Shown here: positions 1-9,041 of the stretch, piece after piece
How positions within the stretch are numbered: position 1 is the first letter of the stretch
Layout of the letters: every line of letters begins with the position of its first letter
Assembly: GCA_965228855.1 (NCBI GenBank)
Contig: CBDDIJ010000005.1
Coordinates: 1,376,001-1,440,000, forward strand
From: Candidatus Obscuribacterales bacterium
Lineage (GTDB): Bacteria > Cyanobacteriota > Vampirovibrionia > Obscuribacterales > Obscuribacteraceae
Reading direction: 5' to 3'
Length of the DNA: 64,000 nucleotides
Notes under the pieces: model-generated
Database searches by the model: none
What the model saw: the letters and a program-made list of their open reading frames with translations, nothing else
What the model was told of the DNA's origin: nothing
Translations under genes and position numbers: made by a program

Positions 1-246
1 AAGTTGAAAAAACGAATCTTTTATCCAGACGTTGAAGTCGCATACTCTCGAAATACTAAATGCACCGTTCTTATCACTCTACAACTTCTTCAGTCAGAAG
101 GGGTCTCCTCGAACTGCGCGGCGACCGCTAGATTAAATCCGCTCGTAAAAACCACACTGAAATTCTTGTCATCTCAAAACTTTCTGCCTAGTATGGCAGC
201 ACTGGGTCTGGGTGATAACGTGCCAGCTAGTGTGGAGACAATTAAA

Positions 247-1122
247 TTGAAAAATGACGAACCAAAACAGGTCTTCCTTGGAGGAGCCTGCGGCTTGACC
301 ACGTGGCGTAAGGACATAGCCATTCCTCTATTCGAAGAAGCGAACGTTTCATATCACAATCCGCAGATGCCCCTGGGTGCGTGGAAGGAAGATGATCAAT
401 TCGATGAGATGCGGCGCAAGGATGAGTGCCTGGTACAACTGTTCGTAATCAATGGAGACACGCGAGGAGTCGCATCGGTAGCAGAAGTCGCATACTTGAT
501 CGGAGCGCGGAAGCCGGTCGCAATTGTCCTCGAGGATATCAAAGCAGGAACAGATGTTTACGGTACAACCATCGACGCAGTCGAAGCCGATGATTTAAAC
601 CGTGGACGCATTTTTGTGCGAGCGATGGCAGACCGGCACAATGTGCCGATCTTCACTGACATTGCCGAAGGGACAAGGTATTGCATTAAGCTCGTAAAGG
701 AGTTGGAGGGGAGCCTGACTCTTCGTCAAATAAATGAGGCTCTATCACAAATCGAGTTTACGAACCATGTATTCCAGGCCGAAGAAGCCCCTGGTGGCTT
801 CCACCTGTGGCTCAGCGGGATCGAACCTGATTCCTACACCGGAAAAATGGAGGTCCAGGAGAGTCGACGTTGGTTTATCAGCAATAAATGCACGCCATCA
901 GATGTGGTGCGCACAGCATTCAAAGCGACCAGTACGTGGGCAGAGCATGAGGCTCGAGAAACTTTCAAATACAAAGGAGCGAGGGTATTTAGCCCGCACT
1001 TCGACTTAAATAAAGTGGCGGCTCGACGAAACGAAGCCGATATCGACGAAAACATCGAAGAACACGTTCACAACACGCCCGCACCGCTGGTGGTGCAGAG
1101 CGCTCGCCCATGCACGGTTTAG
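247..1122 (+). CDS. Nucleoside 2-deoxyribosyltransferase-like (Raw-type) domain protein with an additional C-terminal unknown domain
   Basis: Motifs VFLGGACGLTTWRKDIAIP..SYHNPQ and TRGVASVAEVAYL (NDT-type Glu). The frame is open from 4. TTG247 chosen as start because GGAG lies at 234-237; ATG193 and GTG220 are alternatives. Confidence 0.75.
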   Translation: MKNDEPKQVFLGGACGLTTWRKDIAIPLFEEANVSYHNPQMPLGAWKEDDQFDEMRRKDECLVQLFVINGDTRGVASVAEVAYLIGARKPVAIVLEDIKAGTDVYGTTIDAVEADDLNRGRIFVRAMADRHNVPIFTDIAEGTRYCIKLVKELEGSLTLRQINEALSQIEFTNHVFQAEEAPGGFHLWLSGIEPDSYTGKMEVQESRRWFISNKCTPSDVVRTAFKATSTWAEHEARETFKYKGARVFSPHFDLNKVAARRNEADIDENIEEHVHNTPAPLVVQSARPCTV

Positions 1123-2219
1123 AAGCATCCACCAAAACCTCTTTCAGCCTCCCAGTGATTGACACTGGACCGTACTTTACGGCGCGCTCGAGCGGTTTGG
1201 ATACAACTGATCAGGCGAGAATTCTCGGCGAAAAAATTAAACATGCCTGTCACGAGGCAGGCATGTTTTACCTGATTGGACACAACATAAAGCACGATCT
1301 GATGGATCGCGTGATTGCCGAATGTGCAAGTTTCTTCGCTCTTCCTGAAGAAGAGAAACAAAAAATCAGCTGCAGAAGAGATCCACATTTTCGCGGTTAC
1401 GGCTTGTTGAAAAACTCACGCGACTGGCGAGAACAAATCCATATCGGCGTCGAACCAGGACGTAGAGAAGGTGCGGATCTCAGTAAACTTTACTGGAATC
1501 TCGAGGGACCTAATAAATGGCCAACGCTGCGAACAAACGAATTCAGAGAAACGGCTCTAGCATATATAAATTCAATCGAATCATTGTCACGAACTGTCCT
1601 GACTCTCCTCGCGGAGGCTCTAGAGCTACCGTCGGACAACTTCACGAGAAGAATGAAAAACAATCCGTATCTCCTAACAAAGTTTATGTCTTATTTGCCG
1701 CAGTCCAATAGAGGAAGCAAAGACAGAAACTTAGAGACGGAGACATCGACCCGGGAGACAACAAAACAAACTGGCGTAACCGCTCACTGCGACTGGAGCT
1801 GGCTGACATTTCTTCAACAAGACAACGTCGGCGGCCTGGAGGCAATGGACACAAATGGTAATTGGCATAAGGTGACTCCGCTCGATAACGCGCTCGTCGT
1901 GAATACCGGCGAGTTGCTAGAAATCGAGACGGGAGGCTATTTACGGGCTAGCCCACATCGAGTTATAAACGAGCAGATCGATAGACAACGTTTTTCAAAT
2001 GCAGTCTTCATTAACCCGGATCTAGACGCGATGATCGTTCCTCAATCCAATCAATGGGGTGAGGAACGAGAAGCGGTCGCATCAAACGATGACGATCACA
2101 TCCACAAAGTGATTCGTCCGGGTAGCACTCTAACTCCGTTCGTATTCGGTGATAGCGAATGGGATAGGAAAGGCGAAGGAAACTGGTGTTATCGGAAGGA
2201 GTGCCTGACGCCATATTAA
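1110..2219 (+). CDS. 2OG-Fe(II) dioxygenase, isopenicillin N synthase/DIOX-like family
   Basis: LPVID and ACHEAGMFYLIGH N-terminal motifs, HxD (AHCDWSWLTFL), distal His (SPHRV), RxS (RFS). Overlaps the upstream gene by 13 nt. Confidence 0.9.
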   Translation: MHGLEASTKTSFSLPVIDTGPYFTARSSGLDTTDQARILGEKIKHACHEAGMFYLIGHNIKHDLMDRVIAECASFFALPEEEKQKISCRRDPHFRGYGLLKNSRDWREQIHIGVEPGRREGADLSKLYWNLEGPNKWPTLRTNEFRETALAYINSIESLSRTVLTLLAEALELPSDNFTRRMKNNPYLLTKFMSYLPQSNRGSKDRNLETETSTRETTKQTGVTAHCDWSWLTFLQQDNVGGLEAMDTNGNWHKVTPLDNALVVNTGELLEIETGGYLRASPHRVINEQIDRQRFSNAVFINPDLDAMIVPQSNQWGEEREAVASNDDDHIHKVIRPGSTLTPFVFGDSEWDRKGEGNWCYRKECLTPY

Positions 2220-2273
2220 AGCGCAAATCAGGAAACAGGGACGGTTACACACGAGAACCTCAGCAGGTTTGTC

Positions 2274-2666
2274 TCAGCGCTTCGATTTTGAGGCGGTGAG
2301 CTGCTGAACCCGTTGAAACGAAAGCGCCAATACTTCACCGGCATCCCTGAGACTTACCCCCAGATCCTCCGTCAGATGGCACGCAGCTTCCATAGTGCTG
2401 GATTGGAGAGCCGCCTCGTCCTCAGCGACCTTCCTGCGAGCGCTCACTACCTTTCGTACAAGCTCATTTGCTTTCCGGGGAAGGCATATATGCTCGATGA
2501 ACTCAGCATCGACCACATCATCAACATACAAACTGAGCGCTTCTTTCAGGCGATTGCGCGTTTGCGCTATCGATTTACCCTGTGTGTGACAACCAGCCAC
2601 CTCCACTATTGTAGCTACCCACCATCCGCTCGAATCCCGCTTGTATCGTACGTTAAAAACATTCAT
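2274..2666 (-). CDS. hicB: HicB-family antitoxin with C-terminal HTH
   Basis: WVATIVEVAGCHTQGKSIAQ..LKEALSL HicB motif and SLRDAGEVLALSFQRVQQL helix-turn-helix. Confidence 0.85.
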   Translation of the reverse strand: MNVFNVRYKRDSSGWWVATIVEVAGCHTQGKSIAQTRNRLKEALSLYVDDVVDAEFIEHICLPRKANELVRKVVSARRKVAEDEAALQSSTMEAACHLTEDLGVSLRDAGEVLALSFQRVQQLTASKSKR

Positions 2667-2864
2667 TGACTCAGCCAGCCTTCGCCTAATCAGGGACTTA
2701 GATCCTTTCTGATCTGCTTCAAGAGCCCAATCCCCAGCTCCTCACCAGAGTGGTTCGGCACAGTCGTGTTACAGATACCAACGGATCCTAATATGAGAAA
2801 CCTTCTGCCTCACTCGAGTACATTTCAGATCATGCAACACTTTCAGCAATTCTCTAGCTCTCAT
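2663..2864 (-). pseudogene. hicA: HicA toxin pseudogene
   Basis: Manual translation gives MRARELLKVLHDLKCTRVRQKVSHIRIR, then after a frameshift GICNTTVPNHSGEELGIGLLKQIRKDLSP*LGEGWLSQ*. The final TGA overlaps the hicB ATG (ATGA). Confidence 0.85.
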
Positions 2865-2884
2865 AATCTCACATAATTCCCAAA

Positions 2885-2904
2885 GTGTCTAGCGCATTAG
2901 ACAC
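2885..2904. promoter_or_regulatory. Inverted repeat, probable HicB operator
   Basis: GTGTCTA-N6-TAGACAC perfect palindrome about 20 bp upstream of the hicA start. Confidence 0.6.
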
Positions 2905-3179
2905 ATGCTCCTACCCGTTTTTCTGAAACAAGTCACGGCGCTTCCAACAGCCATCGATCAACAAAATGATCATCAAGAGGTCTGTCAACAGATACGACAA
3001 TAAACACATAGACTGCGAAATAATCGCACTCCACATACATTCGTACAGACAAGAGCGGACCATCTAGCCGACCTGGGTTTCACAGCCTCGGTTGCGACGA
3101 CCGACACTCCCTGCCAAGACCTGCAAGGGATGCTGAGGGCAAAAAAGCCTGAAGGATCGATCGATGCTTAAATAGAAAT

Positions 3180-3725
3180 ATGGACATCGACCTGAAAAGC
3201 CATCGAGCCCATATCACCTATCACCAGGCGCTCAACTGGCACGAAGCCAAAATCCAGCGCCACCTGCTTGCGCGCGGCGATGATAGAGAAACGATGTTGG
3301 GCTTGGCACTTGCCTTGCTGTCGCACAGACTAGCTTTCTTTGACTCAAATAAGACGGCGCCAGTTCTAGAATCGGCAGAAGGACTAGGAGACTACGTATT
3401 GTGGAATTGCGCGGACGGACAGGGCAAGGACAACGCTGTAGCCGTTCAGATACTGCTCGAAATAGCTGAGCAAAACCTTGACGACGGCATGTTTCCTGAT
3501 TCGATACAGATCGAACTACTGATCTATTTTGCAGGCTCTCTTTGTCGGATGATGGCGCCTCGGGGCCTTACTTACCTAAACTGCGTGAGACTAATCGAAA
3601 AGTTGAGTGGCAGGAAATTCGAGCTAGAAGACCTTTCTTCCATCGCCCCGCGCATCTACAAACATCGTGTCGACAACGGTATTTTTCAAAACAGAAATGT
3701 GTTCGAACAGCTTGTTGATGACTAA
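3180..3725 (+). CDS. Hypothetical helical protein
   Basis: 181-aa ORF with no recognised motif; its stop overlaps the sbcD stop. Confidence 0.55.
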   Translation: MDIDLKSHRAHITYHQALNWHEAKIQRHLLARGDDRETMLGLALALLSHRLAFFDSNKTAPVLESAEGLGDYVLWNCADGQGKDNAVAVQILLEIAEQNLDDGMFPDSIQIELLIYFAGSLCRMMAPRGLTYLNCVRLIEKLSGRKFELEDLSSIAPRIYKHRVDNGIFQNRNVFEQLVDD

Positions 3726-4963
3726 CCATCTTCGTTGTGCAACTCAGCGTTGAGCTGAGTCATTACGTCCCGTGCACGTTCTATCAACTTATCTTTCCTA
3801 TCGGGCGCGACCTCATCCAGGTAAGTTTCCAGAGCCCGAAGAGGTGAAGCGACCGATGTTTCGGTTAATTCCGGCAATCGTCCACGCGTATGTTCGTTCA
3901 CGATTTCTGGTTGCACTCTCACTGACATGCAATCACGAGCAGCCCGATAAATTTGTGATTCATCAACGTCCAACATCTGGTCTTGTAGCACTTTATATCG
4001 AACTCTCAAGACGCAGCCTTGAAGCGCATCGCGATTGACGCACTTCACAATGTCCTCGGTCGGCTCCACTGATTTCGTTACATCCACGTCCACGGTGACA
4101 AACGGGCGCGGATCGATTGTTTTAAAAGAGAAATCAGTTTTGTTTCGCTCGAGAATCACATGGATAAAACCTTTATCTTCTCGCTCCTCGCCGAAGTCGA
4201 CTCGTTCTAAACTTCCGGCGTAAACGATAATCGGATCCTTCTCCCGAATGACTTGATGCTTGTGAATATGTCCCATAGCGACATAGTCGACACGACTGTC
4301 AATGAAGATGTCGGAAGGGAACGTAAGAGTGTAACCAACCAGCAACTCCTGCTCGATACCCGCCAGTGCTCGATCCAGTGACATATGAGCTGTCACCACA
4401 GACGGTATCAGTGGATCGAGTTCATCGTAGTAATCGCGGAGCATATCATGAACATGATGAACCAACACATCATCAATCTGAGATGAAGAAAACCCTGAAT
4501 ATTTGTCCATCGCCATCAGATTGTTTCGAGTGATATGAGGCAGTCCAATTAGTTGAAACGGGCCATTTTTTGTTTCAATCAATTCGAACGTCGGCTTGTC
4601 GACAGTCAGCACATTTGCGACCTCTAGGCTCTGAAACACTGACATAGCATGGCTCTGCGTTGAACGCAAAATCTGGTCATGATTTCCCACTACAAGAATG
4701 GTTTTAATTCCTGCCTCAGATAGACGTTTTAGTTCCCGCGCGAATAGTTTTTGATAGATCGGTTCGGGCGATGCGTTTTTATAAGCGTCGCCTGAAAATA
4801 AGAACACATCTACGTTCTGTGCAATCGCATAATCTACGACCTTCTTAAGAGCGAAAACAAAATCCTCCAACCGTGTATTCAGCCCTGTATCAGGATTAAT
4901 ACGGCCGTGCGACTCGCCGGAGCCGAAGTGAATGTCGGAAACATGTATAAGGTGGATCGCCAA
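3722..4963 (-). CDS. sbcD: SbcD/Mre11 nuclease subunit
   Basis: DIH, GD, GNHD and GHIH metallophosphoesterase motifs; YAGSLERVDFGE. Confidence 0.92.
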   Translation of the reverse strand: MAIHLIHVSDIHFGSGESHGRINPDTGLNTRLEDFVFALKKVVDYAIAQNVDVFLFSGDAYKNASPEPIYQKLFARELKRLSEAGIKTILVVGNHDQILRSTQSHAMSVFQSLEVANVLTVDKPTFELIETKNGPFQLIGLPHITRNNLMAMDKYSGFSSSQIDDVLVHHVHDMLRDYYDELDPLIPSVVTAHMSLDRALAGIEQELLVGYTLTFPSDIFIDSRVDYVAMGHIHKHQVIREKDPIIVYAGSLERVDFGEEREDKGFIHVILERNKTDFSFKTIDPRPFVTVDVDVTKSVEPTEDIVKCVNRDALQGCVLRVRYKVLQDQMLDVDESQIYRAARDCMSVRVQPEIVNEHTRGRLPELTETSVASPLRALETYLDEVAPDRKDKLIERARDVMTQLNAELHNEDG

Positions 4964-5046
4964 AGTGCTCTCCCGAAAAGGGAATATCTGAACGCTAGCT
5001 CATGTACAATAATTGTCTCGGTCTGAGGACGGTCAGTCAAATCATT

Positions 5047-5877
5047 ATGTCAGCCGGCAAACCCTTTATACAAAGGAGTCTTGCAGGAGCGCTGGTATCA
5101 GCACTCCTCTTAGCAAGCCCGATAGCAGCAAGTGAAACTCTTGCCGGCTCCGAGCCGTTCACTTCCAGAGATATTTCGACCAACGAGTCACGTCTTGACC
5201 CGGGCGATGATGCGCACGCAGCTGCCAACATGGCTCCTCCAGCAGCAAAAGATCCGATTGAACAGCTCAGAGAGACCCTGCAGAAATCGCACATATTTAC
5301 ACTCAACAGCAAATTCAAAATTCGCAAAACCGATTCCACAATAGCTGTCTCAACTTACCGCCACCCGTACGGCAATGAAAACGACATGAAGATCGACGCT
5401 CTTCTGGTTGCACGTGAGGTGCTCAAAACTAATGCCCTCGGCATCAGTACAGTCCGAGTTTATTTCTTCGATGAAACAGACCAGAGCCAATACACAATGG
5501 CCTCTGTCGATTTAGAGATGGTCAAGCAATTCAATGCCAGATTGCTGGGAAACGCAGAAGTCGTCGACGCCTTGAAACTCAAACATGAGGATTTAGGTGG
5601 AGGTCTGAAACAGCTTGAGAAGAAGAGCTATGACGAAATTGCCACCGACGCACCAATGGCTGAAGGTATCCTTCGTAAAGAACGTCAGGAACTCGTCAAA
5701 CAGATAGAACAGCTCACTTCCGCCGGTGCAAACGTAAACAGTCTGAGGACAGCATATTTGCTAATTGAAGATGCAATCAGGCAAAATGATGACCTAGGCG
5801 CGCAAGCCGCTTATGCTTTTGCGACCGAGCTTTTGGAAAATGCGAAAGTAAAAAAGGGCATCAGCTCGGCTCGCTAA
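5047..5877 (+). CDS. Hypothetical exported protein
   Basis: Signal-peptide-like SLAGALVSALLLASPIAA. Start is either ATG5047 or ATG5002. Confidence 0.65.
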   Translation: MSAGKPFIQRSLAGALVSALLLASPIAASETLAGSEPFTSRDISTNESRLDPGDDAHAAANMAPPAAKDPIEQLRETLQKSHIFTLNSKFKIRKTDSTIAVSTYRHPYGNENDMKIDALLVAREVLKTNALGISTVRVYFFDETDQSQYTMASVDLEMVKQFNARLLGNAEVVDALKLKHEDLGGGLKQLEKKSYDEIATDAPMAEGILRKERQELVKQIEQLTSAGANVNSLRTAYLLIEDAIRQNDDLGAQAAYAFATELLENAKVKKGISSAR

Positions 5878-5916
5878 TCAGAAAAGAAGAGAAACCTCCA
5901 GTCGAAGGACAACAAA

Positions 5917-7434
5917 TTGGCGAAACTAAGCCGCATGCACGGACTTCACAAAGGTCAAAAGATTCGCGTCAAAATCGAATCGTTGGCACCCGGTGGCGAT
6001 GGCGTCGGTCATCACGAAGGTCTGGCAGTTTTTGTCGCCAGATCCGCCCCAGGAGACACGGTCGAAGTCGAGCTTTTCGACATCAGAAAATCATTTGCTC
6101 GCGGCAAAATTTTGGAGGTGCTCAAGAGTTCACCAGTCAGAGTGGAGCCGGTTTGCAAAGTCTTCGACCGATGCGGTGGCTGCCAATGGCAGCATGTTAG
6201 TTACGAAGCGCAGCTGCTGACGAAACACGAGATCGTATCGCAGGCTCTTCGTCACATTGATGTTTCGATTGAACCGACTCTTGCGGCCAAGCATCAGTTC
6301 GATTATCGAAACAAAGCGCAGTTTCCCGTCAAACAGTTGAATAACGGTCGACTGTTGGTTGGCTACTACGAAGACAGCTCACACAGACTCGTCAATATCA
6401 ACGAATGCCCAGTCCAACCAGAGCCGCTTGATTTTGTTCTTCAAATCATACGGCGCTCGCTGACAGAAAACAAGATTACGGCATTCGATGAAGAAACGCA
6501 TACTGGGCTGATTCGGCACCTTTGCGCAAGGGAGTCTTTCTACAATGGAGATATTCTAGTTACCCTCGTCGTCAATCATCCAGGCGGCGAGAAATTGAAG
6601 TCAGGTCTGAAAGGCGCTCTGGAGGCGGTGGCCGAAGAGCTCATGGGAGAGATGGAAGAGGTTCAAGGTTTTTGCGCAAATTTCAATCCAAACAAAGGCA
6701 ACAAGATCTTCGGGGAAGAAACTCTCTTGATCCGCGGCAAGTCGGAAATCGAAGAAGTGCTTCAAACGCAACGTTCGGACAGACCAGAGAAGCTGCAAGA
6801 GGGAATTCGTTTTCGATTGTCGACGCAGAGCTTTTTCCAAATCAATACTGAGCAGGCCACGAATCTCTTCGACGAGGTTTACGATGAGGCGCTCAAGATA
6901 AATCAGGAACTCGGTCGCCCGCTGAAAGTGATCGACGCTTATGCGGGTGTCGGTTCGATTGCTTTGTGGGTTTCGTCACTAGCGGAGAGCATCGTGGCAA
7001 TCGAAGAGGTTCCCGATGCCGTTCGCGACGGACTTGTCACGGTCAAAGACAACGGTGTGGAGAATATTCGGTTTGAAGAAGGACGCGTTGAAGATGTTTT
7101 GTCCAAACTGGCAGACGCGGATGAAAAGTACGATTTAGTCATTCTAGACCCGCCGAGAAAGGGAGCCAGTAACGAGGTCTTGCAAGCCTTATTGAGGCTT
7201 GCGCCCAAACATATCATTTACGTCAGCTGTAATCCTCAAACTCTTGCGCGTGACCTGAAAATCCTTCAGGATGGAATGGTAGAGGAGCGTGAAGGGAAGC
7301 ACCTTTGTTCTGGGTATAAAACCAAACGGGTGAAGCCTGTCGACCTGTTCCCGCAGACTTACCACATTGAGTCGGTAGCCTCTCTGGAGAGATTTGAAGA
7401 CGATGGTCCTGTCCGGAATCTGGAAGAAATCTGA
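5917..7434 (+). CDS. rlmD: 23S rRNA m5U1939 methyltransferase
   Basis: TRAM N-terminus, CKVFDRCGGC Fe-S motif, SFFQIN, DAYAGVG, LDPPRKG, YVSCNP. Confidence 0.92.
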   Translation: MAKLSRMHGLHKGQKIRVKIESLAPGGDGVGHHEGLAVFVARSAPGDTVEVELFDIRKSFARGKILEVLKSSPVRVEPVCKVFDRCGGCQWQHVSYEAQLLTKHEIVSQALRHIDVSIEPTLAAKHQFDYRNKAQFPVKQLNNGRLLVGYYEDSSHRLVNINECPVQPEPLDFVLQIIRRSLTENKITAFDEETHTGLIRHLCARESFYNGDILVTLVVNHPGGEKLKSGLKGALEAVAEELMGEMEEVQGFCANFNPNKGNKIFGEETLLIRGKSEIEEVLQTQRSDRPEKLQEGIRFRLSTQSFFQINTEQATNLFDEVYDEALKINQELGRPLKVIDAYAGVGSIALWVSSLAESIVAIEEVPDAVRDGLVTVKDNGVENIRFEEGRVEDVLSKLADADEKYDLVILDPPRKGASNEVLQALLRLAPKHIIYVSCNPQTLARDLKILQDGMVEEREGKHLCSGYKTKRVKPVDLFPQTYHIESVASLERFEDDGPVRNLEEI

Positions 7435-7858
7435 TAGCTCGAAAGATTTGCCTGAAGGCTTGGTGATTCGACATGATCGAAAACTTCCTCCTGACGACGT
7501 TCAGGACATTTGCGCTTCGGTTGGTTGGAGTCGCCGCGAACCAGAACTTATCAGTCGCGCCCTCGAAAATAGCGTCGCCGTAGTTTCAGCCTGGGACAGG
7601 GGTCAAATGGTCGGTTTCGCACGAGCGACCGGCGACCGGGTCTTCAATGCCACCATCTGGGATATGGTTGTTCGCCCCTCCTATCAGGGACGCGGCATCG
7701 GGCGCCTGGTGCTGGAGGAGTTGTTGAGAGAACTCGATCAATCCGGCATTCCCTTAATTACGCTTTATGCGGACCCGGGCACTGACAACTTCTATCGCCG
7801 ATTCGGCTTCACAGCCGACCCTTCGGGCGTCAGAGGCATGTTTCGCGAGACCTCTTAA
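7403..7858 (+). CDS. GNAT N-acetyltransferase, Ycf52/NSI-like
   Basis: GFARATGDRVFNATIWDMVV, YQGRGIG acetyl-CoA motif, ITLYADP..FYRRFGF..GMF. Confidence 0.85.
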   Translation: MVLSGIWKKSDSSKDLPEGLVIRHDRKLPPDDVQDICASVGWSRREPELISRALENSVAVVSAWDRGQMVGFARATGDRVFNATIWDMVVRPSYQGRGIGRLVLEELLRELDQSGIPLITLYADPGTDNFYRRFGFTADPSGVRGMFRETS

Positions 7859-8002
7859 CCAGTCACCGCTGCCTATCTTCTTAATATATTTGTACATCCA
7901 GAGCCGTGAAGTTTGAGGACGAGGCCTCTCCATGGTAAATTCATACGTCTATCTATAGAGACCAGACGGAGGCGGCTGGCGCATTGGCGCCCGGGAGATG
8001 TC

Positions 8003-8548
8003 ATGAAGGTAATTTTGCAAGACAACGTTCAGAAACTAGGAAAAGCTGGAGAGATCGTAGAGATCAAGCGAGGCTATTTCCGCAATTACCTCGAACCCCG
8101 CGGTCTGGCAATGCTTGCTACCAAAGGAACCCTGAAGAAGAGAGAAGAAGATCTCGAATCTTATCGACGCAAAGCTGAAAAAGCACACAACGAAGCCGTT
8201 GCATTCGCCGAAAAGATTTCCAGCTTGCCACCAATGGTAATGAACGTCAAAGCTGGCGAAACAGGCAAGCTCTACGGAAAGGTCACCAACAAAGAAGTAG
8301 CTCACTTGCTTGAGAAGAGCCTTGGTCACGAAATCGACAAGCGTCTTCTCAAAGTATCCGGCGACATCAATGCGACCGGAACCTACAAAGTGCAAGTTAA
8401 GCTCACGCCAGAAGTACAAGCTGAAGTTCAGCTCGAAGTTCTCGCAGAAGGTCAATCCTACAAACTGAAGGAAGAGGCCGCTGAAGAGAAAACAAAAGCT
8501 GAGGAAACTGAAGCAGAAGCTGGCGAAGAAGAAAAAACCGAAGAATAA
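8003..8548 (+). CDS. rplI: 50S ribosomal protein L9 with acidic tail
   Basis: MKVILQDNVQKLGKAGEIVEIKRGYFRNYL, GKLYGKVT. GGAG precedes ATG8003. Confidence 0.95.
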   Translation: MKVILQDNVQKLGKAGEIVEIKRGYFRNYLEPRGLAMLATKGTLKKREEDLESYRRKAEKAHNEAVAFAEKISSLPPMVMNVKAGETGKLYGKVTNKEVAHLLEKSLGHEIDKRLLKVSGDINATGTYKVQVKLTPEVQAEVQLEVLAEGQSYKLKEEAAEEKTKAEETEAEAGEEEKTEE

Positions 8549-8570
8549 CTCTCTTCGGCATGAAGTCTTT

Positions 8571-8621
8571 ACGACTCCGGTATCACCCGTGGTTCCACGG
8601 AAGACTACCGGAGTCGTTTTT
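8571..8621. terminator. Hairpin terminator between convergent rplI and xseB
   Basis: ACGACTCCGGTA...TACCGGAGTCGT followed by a T run, with an inner CCGTGG/CCACGG stem. Confidence 0.7.
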
Positions 8622-8624
8622 CAT

Positions 8625-9029
8625 CTACGGCACTTGAACTACAGTTCCGCTGAAAAATGACAGCTGTTCAGATTCTTTAACCATCAGCTCTCCGCTTTCG
8701 CTGGTCGCGGCAGGCTGAGCTTTTTTAGTCTTAGCTTCCTTTACCGTTTCTTCTTTCTCAACACGAACAGCGGTGGCCGCGCTTGCGACCGTCACTGCTT
8801 CAATGGTCTCACCGCTCACCGGCATGGAGATCAGTTCTCCCTGATCGCCGCGCTTCAGCATCTCGATCTTTTGTTCTGCGCCTTTGAGAAAGTCTTCGCA
8901 TTGCTTCGACAGCTTCATACCTTGCTCGAACAGAGCGAGTGCTTGCTCGAGCTTCACCTCACCATCGAGCTCCGAAACTACAGTTTCCAGATCTCTCATG
9001 GCGATTTCAAAATCAATCGGTTTATCCAT
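8625..9029 (-). CDS. xseB: Exodeoxyribonuclease VII small subunit with C-terminal extension
   Basis: FEIAMRDLETVVSELD..LEQALALFEQGMKL..AEQKI; directly downstream of xseA. Confidence 0.9.
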   Translation of the reverse strand: MDKPIDFEIAMRDLETVVSELDGEVKLEQALALFEQGMKLSKQCEDFLKGAEQKIEMLKRGDQGELISMPVSGETIEAVTVASAATAVRVEKEETVKEAKTKKAQPAATSESGELMVKESEQLSFFSGTVVQVP

Positions 9030-9041
9030 GGTTGATACCTC

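Noticed and set aside
4..246. N-terminal ~80 aa of the first ORF
   Set aside because: No recognisable motif, and a better RBS/start lies at 247, so it is probably untranslated.
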